From an uncultured candidate division Zixibacteria bacterium (GTDB lineage Bacteria > Zixibacteria > MSB-5A5 > UBA10806 > 4484-95): a DNA stretch of 64,000 bases. The stretch is from positions 736,001 through 800,000 of the forward strand of contig CAXXKA010000006.1 in NCBI GenBank assembly GCA_963668625.2, in the 5' to 3' direction. The notes beneath the pieces were generated by a model. That model saw only the letters and a program-made list of their open reading frames with translations. It was not told the DNA's origin and ran no database searches. The position numbers were made by a program, and so were the translations under genes. This document shows positions 60,501-64,000 of this stretch, piece after piece. Numbering within the stretch: position 1 is the stretch's first letter; each line of letters starts with the position of its first letter.

Positions 60501-62942
60501 TGTTCGGGAACGCTTATAGAGGAGCCATTGCCGGATGATAACTATGATATCCAGATGTTAAAATTGCCGTTTTCAATGGTGGCAGCGCATGAACATTCAG
60601 CTCAGGTACCGGCCAAAATAAGAGAACAGCTTGAGGAGCAGTTTAAAAAGACTGATGGCAGATATAACTGCCTCGTCTGTACGCCAACGTTGGAACTCGG
60701 CGTTGATATCGGTGATTTGGATATGGTGTTGATGAGAAACGTGCCTCCCACATCTGCTAATTTCTGGCAAAGAGCTGGGCGTGCCGGTAGAAGATTCAGG
60801 ATGGCTGTCAACTATACCTATTGCCGCAGAAGCCAGCATGATGAGTATTTCTTCGATGATCCGCTCCAGATGCTGTCAGGAGAAATACCGGCGCCAAGAT
60901 TTAATCTCAGAAATGATGTAATGCTTGCTAAGCATATTCATTCCGCGGTGCTTTCGGAAGTTATACGCCTGAGTAAATTATCCCCCGAGAGCAGCGGATT
61001 GTCTAAAGACGAAATAGAAGATCTGAAATATGTTATAATGATGGTATTCCCGAATTTTACTGTAGACTATCTGTTCGACGAGCTGCTGAATTACCGTATG
61101 GAACCACCGGATGTATCAGTTCTACAAAATGTGATTAGTAAATACAGAGAGCATTTTGACAGGGTAATACAATCTATATTTACACAGTGGTGGCCGGATG
61201 ATGATAGTAAATATGTTTCTGCCGATAGAATCAATTCTATGGTTAACACGATAGCAGAGAAACTCCAGGCGACTGTCGGCCGATTGTTTAAAAGGATGCT
61301 CTGGGCAAAAGATTTGCAGGAGAAACTGACATCTAAGCAAAATAAAGGTATTCTAGAGCAGGATGACGACAGGGTACTAAATCGGTGCAAACGTTACCTT
61401 AAGAAAATGTCAAAGAATTCTATCGAGACATATACATTGAACGTTTTGGCTCAGGAGGGTTTTTTACCAGGTTACGAGGTTCTTGATGGTACGATTCGTT
61501 CTTATGCCAGCAGAGCGCTAAGCGAGATAGAGGGACGGCCTGATTTTGAGTTGTCCCGACCAGCTACTATAGCTGTAAGAGAATTCGTACCCGGAAATGC
61601 GATATACGCTAATTCGGGCAAATTTAGGATCGCGTATTATCACCTGCCTATAGGAGAACAAAGAACAGAACCTACAAGGCTGATGATTAATCCCGAAAAA
61701 GGCTTTATCATAGATTATGAGTCGTACGGGCGAAGCGGAATTAGATATAACGACTCTGAATTGATAAGCATTAATGCGATTGAAATATGCGATAATGAGA
61801 TTACCCATATGGGGAAAATTAATGATGAGGAGCTGAATAGATTCCAATTACCGGTCGTAACTCATGGGTATTTAAAAGAGCGCCATAGGGGTGGAGAGAT
61901 TTATTCTGTTTATAATATGAATATTCAGATAAGGTTTGGTCAAGAGATACGGATCGTTAATATCGGCCCCGCTGATAAAGTAAGAGCTGGCGAACTTGGT
62001 TTCCCTATATGCAGCGTTTGCGGTGCTGCTAGATCGCCTTATGTATCGGACTCAGAGCGTGAGCATTTTAATCAAATCCATGATGAAAAATGTAAGAAAG
62101 GTCCGGAAAACATAGCCTTTTTTACGGATGCTATTGTCGATGGCCTGGTTGTCGACGAATTCCAGGAATATGAAAATGCGGTTAATTTCGCTGAAACAAT
62201 TAAAATAGGTACAGCTAAAATATTGGATGTAGAACAAGACGATCTTCAATATATGATCTGGCCACGGGAAGATGAGGGGTATAAGCTGTTCCTCTACGAT
62301 CCAATGTCAGGTGGGTCTGGCCTTATTCTGCAGATTATTGAGTACTGGGATAAAGTATGTTCAGAGGCTTTAATTGTTCTGGATTCATGTGAATGTGATA
62401 AGGCTTGTTACAATTGTATGAAAACATATAGGAACCTATATACTCATATTCACTTAGACAGGCATACAGCACATAATATTATTGGCCAATGGTCACAAAA
62501 GCCTGAACATCAAACTTCAATACCGGCTTTATTGCATGAATCATCAGATAAAAAGGGTAATATGACCGGCACGAATATACACGAGATAAAGCTTGAGGAG
62601 ATGTTAGATGATTATGGCTTTCCAAAATTTACTTCACAGAAAGACATTGCTTTATCGATACCTCCGATAAAAAATACTCAGCCCGATTTATACTATGAGA
62701 GTGATGAAGGTAATATAAAAATTGCAATCTATCTCGATGGGCTATCAAAATCTATTCATGACAATGAAGAGCGTAGGCAAATCGATATGCTTATTAGAAG
62801 TCAACTTGAAGCAAAAGGGATAGATGTTATTGAGATTGCGGTAAGCGATTTAGCTGATCCACAGGCAAGAAATCTACAGCTTCAGAGAATCGCAGGTAAA
62901 TTGAGAAGACAGGATTTGATTAGTAAATTAGATAAAATGTAG
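57516..62942 (+). CDS. DEAH helicase - Zn fingers - DUF1998 (MrfA Zn) - C-terminal Vsr/PD-(D/E)xK-like nuclease fusion (DrmA+DrmB-like / DruE-like)
   Basis: TGTGSGKT, YPMNALA.DQ, DEAH, TSAT, FSDNRQDAA, TPTLELGVDIG, QRAGRAGR, several CxxC pairs, LYD..SGGSG, CECDKACYNC and PDLYY..IAIYLDG. Confidence 0.88.
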   Translation: MSEHGINPVKFAYQVNQQFINYQLTAFPLSDNDLADQARDMLKAKIGSPLIKGPYVSLSRSFRLGRNLNDIARAGLVHAALPGLTEHPGLFAHQDKTLDEVMQGNHCLITTGTGSGKTEAFLYPILNYCLELRDAGKPDGLVAILVYPMNALAYDQLGRLRKMLAGSQISFGMYTGTTPANDGAVSGDVVRMKEGEGQADFAGYERKYRGHAGVVISPSEERLTEAEMAARPPRILLTNVNQLEYLITRGKDLGMFIDAPLRFLVFDEAHTYRGAVGAEVACLIRRIKAFCGKTSDDVICMGTSATITDPEYGAEAGKRFAQRFFGINPDKVKLVEEEYERENFPLDRYTPDIPTDDTIAILDMILEAVDKRDGVLVSEGLKKLTGKDIGLSENWSEELYDHLKQNEIIRTLFDKLPKPVELDEAVQVVNNNIGRGAIQISDQLTGELLCYLVLGAAAEKKANPLIRPKLHYFLRGLEGAVVTFGNTDGSDPEHAMLSMSLSDAMEKYGVDEKACPPIYVCRTCGQHYYEGYYRNFELDSGEPSGGDAEEDNVIWEAVDEPTGNRVVFTNRFVAPELDEGDNGNAFDDQRIYFCRWCGTLHKNEGSCVNPKCKRKGRSVPVYFIPLRNGRHLSSCISCKQRGRVYAGRFIEPIKPLRAITVADVHILAQNMLNAVSGPHRKLIVFSDNRQDAAFQAGWMQDHARRYRLRHLVYEYVKGQDEPSSLSDIVEHLLNLFKADHDLAKMLAPEVYLGRAREAYGRTLDNELKKFTRYAMMLEFGSNFKKIDCLESWGIVKVVYKDVDKDNAWIREWAETLKLTPEDLANGICALLDVYRRTRLFHDEQAPIFSRYWREGDEEIQRGYLPFFTNTAGKALGPVGIKYNREIDDNRTWLREFAGRSGRTLTQDYVKKWPVDENQREGFLEALWGFLADTAGVLQSVELKGNRGNVLPGTAGSYQVSAQKMAISPDAKRYRCSLCKRIHTRYTPSGVCTAYRCSGTLIEEPLPDDNYDIQMLKLPFSMVAAHEHSAQVPAKIREQLEEQFKKTDGRYNCLVCTPTLELGVDIGDLDMVLMRNVPPTSANFWQRAGRAGRRFRMAVNYTYCRRSQHDEYFFDDPLQMLSGEIPAPRFNLRNDVMLAKHIHSAVLSEVIRLSKLSPESSGLSKDEIEDLKYVIMMVFPNFTVDYLFDELLNYRMEPPDVSVLQNVISKYREHFDRVIQSIFTQWWPDDDSKYVSADRINSMVNTIAEKLQATVGRLFKRMLWAKDLQEKLTSKQNKGILEQDDDRVLNRCKRYLKKMSKNSIETYTLNVLAQEGFLPGYEVLDGTIRSYASRALSEIEGRPDFELSRPATIAVREFVPGNAIYANSGKFRIAYYHLPIGEQRTEPTRLMINPEKGFIIDYESYGRSGIRYNDSELISINAIEICDNEITHMGKINDEELNRFQLPVVTHGYLKERHRGGEIYSVYNMNIQIRFGQEIRIVNIGPADKVRAGELGFPICSVCGAARSPYVSDSEREHFNQIHDEKCKKGPENIAFFTDAIVDGLVVDEFQEYENAVNFAETIKIGTAKILDVEQDDLQYMIWPREDEGYKLFLYDPMSGGSGLILQIIEYWDKVCSEALIVLDSCECDKACYNCMKTYRNLYTHIHLDRHTAHNIIGQWSQKPEHQTSIPALLHESSDKKGNMTGTNIHEIKLEEMLDDYGFPKFTSQKDIALSIPPIKNTQPDLYYESDEGNIKIAIYLDGLSKSIHDNEERRQIDMLIRSQLEAKGIDVIEIAVSDLADPQARNLQLQRIAGKLRRQDLISKLDKM

Positions 62943-63025
62943 TCAGTAATTTAATGATTGCACGTCTTCAGAACTTTTTTGACATAATTGGTAAAAATCT
63001 AAGAGACAGTTTTGATAATATCAAG

Positions 63026-63428
63026 TGTACTAATCAAGACTTAACCTGACGGTCACACTGTTTCCGGTTGTACGTTTTGAATCAGCATTTTCTCTCTAAC
63101 CAGCGGTATTGAATCTTCGAATGTTTGCATAGGTGTCTTACCAAAGCAATACTTACCGCTGTGAGTTCTCTCCTCGTTGTAATGCCTAAACCAAATATCT
63201 AAATCCGCCTGGAGTTCGTCAAGCGTATGATAGATCTTTTTACGGAAGGCGATTCTGCAAAACTCGTTTAATACTGTCTTATGGAATCTCTCACAGATAC
63301 CATTTGTTTGAGGACTCTTAGCTTTTGTCCTGCTATGATCTATATCCTCAAGAGACAGGTATAATTGGTACTCGTGGTCTTCCTGTCTACCGCAATACTC
63401 GGTACCTCGATCAGTCAGCACTCGAGGG
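63026..63428 (-). mobile_element. IS481-family remnant (right end plus transposase C-terminus)
   Basis: RVLTDRGTEYCG, SPQTNGICERFHKT and YNEERTHSG. The terminus TGTACTAATCAAGACTTAACCTGAC fits TGT...ACA IS481 ends; the 5' part is missing. Confidence 0.88.
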
Positions 63429-63591
63429 TAATAAATTATAGTTTTGTGCCGCATGCCATTTTTTTTTTAAGGTTAAATTGGCTATCCTTTAATTACAAGG
63501 TAGGCTAGTAAAATAATCTTAATAGGTTTTTCCGAGTTTGATGAAAATGCCGAGAATATATAATTATTAACATTGTTAATAACAATCTTAC

Positions 63592-63619
63592 TTGACATTA
63601 GCAGTAAAATGGGTATATT
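63592..63619 (+). promoter_or_regulatory. Putative sigma70 promoter
   Basis: TTGACA-16 bp-TATATT upstream of the ATG at 63665. Confidence 0.5.
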
Positions 63620-63664
63620 TTGTGTGTTGTAATAAATGTAAATCAGCTTAGGGGAATTACTGCC

Positions 63665-64000
63665 ATGAAAAGAATATTATTATGTTTGCTGTTTATTCTT
63701 ATTGCTGTACCATGCCAGGCAGGTTGGACCCCCGCCGAGCGAATATCGGATGAGAATACGGCTTTTCATCCACGCTTTGCAGTGAATGGGCAGTATATAC
63801 ATATTATTTATTATACTTTTACCGGGGGAAATGGCTTAGTGCACTATTTAAGAAGCACAGATAATGGATGTTATTGGGATGAACCCTATTTATTAGTAGA
63901 TACATCAGAAGCTTCAGGAACGATACTTCCGGTTATCAGGACTAACGGTGATTCGGTTTTTGCACTTTGGAGTAATTATTATCATTCTGGAAGCCGTCGG
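63665..64000 (+). CDS. Secreted BNR/Asp-box (sialidase-like) protein, 3'-truncated by the window edge
   Basis: Translated by hand: signal peptide MKRILLCLLFILIAVPCQA-GW and Asp-box RSTDNGCYW; the frame is open to the end of the window. Confidence 0.75.
   Translation, partial: MKRILLCLLFILIAVPCQAGWTPAERISDENTAFHPRFAVNGQYIHIIYYTFTGGNGLVHYLRSTDNGCYWDEPYLLVDTSEASGTILPVIRTNGDSVFALWSNYYHSGSRR

Noticed and set aside
62943-63660. attR copy of the tRNA-Arg 3' end, or a drmC gene
   Set aside because: Neither a TTCAACTCCTCCTGGGCG duplicate nor an HKD-motif ORF was found; only the IS481 stub and AT-rich spacer are present.

Overview
This 64-kb bacterial window most likely comes from a diderm FCB-group organism. 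Repeated GD(A/V)N..IGADVTYLVNYFRG dockerin-like tails and a FlgD/T9SS-like C-terminal domain suggest Zixibacteria, but the taxon is inferred. Housekeeping genes include lipA, osmC-like, trxB, cobO, a biotin/lipoate ligase-family gene, malic enzyme, smpB, an amidase, murI, rdgB and sppA, plus four tRNAs and one tRNA-Pro pseudogene. The accessory features are: (i) a multiheme cytochrome locus at 15.8-25.3 kb that looks like a complete quinone-to-surface porin-cytochrome conduit (c554-like, CbcL-like, TetR, MtrA-like decaheme, beta-barrel, hexaheme lipoprotein, NapC/NirT); (ii) an orphan two-gene cassette at 9.2-10.3 kb encoding a Zn-deaminase-fold protein and a papain-fold (Tox-PL-like) deamidase, where the first gene's RBS and first 11 codons come from a MITE end; (iii) a three-gene DISARM-like defence island at 49.3-62.9 kb (DrmD-like SNF2 ATPase, adenine methyltransferase with an AT-rich recognition segment, and a 1808-aa DEAH-DUF1998-nuclease fusion, with no DrmC) lying between tRNA-Arg plus a decayed repressor and an IS481 remnant; (iv) intergenic DNA dense with nested non-autonomous elements (two MITE families, several REP-like palindrome families and ~500-bp duplicated blocks); and (v) several large secreted dockerin-tailed proteins. 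No CRISPR array or rRNA gene was seen. All calls come from motif reading by eye; no database searches were run.
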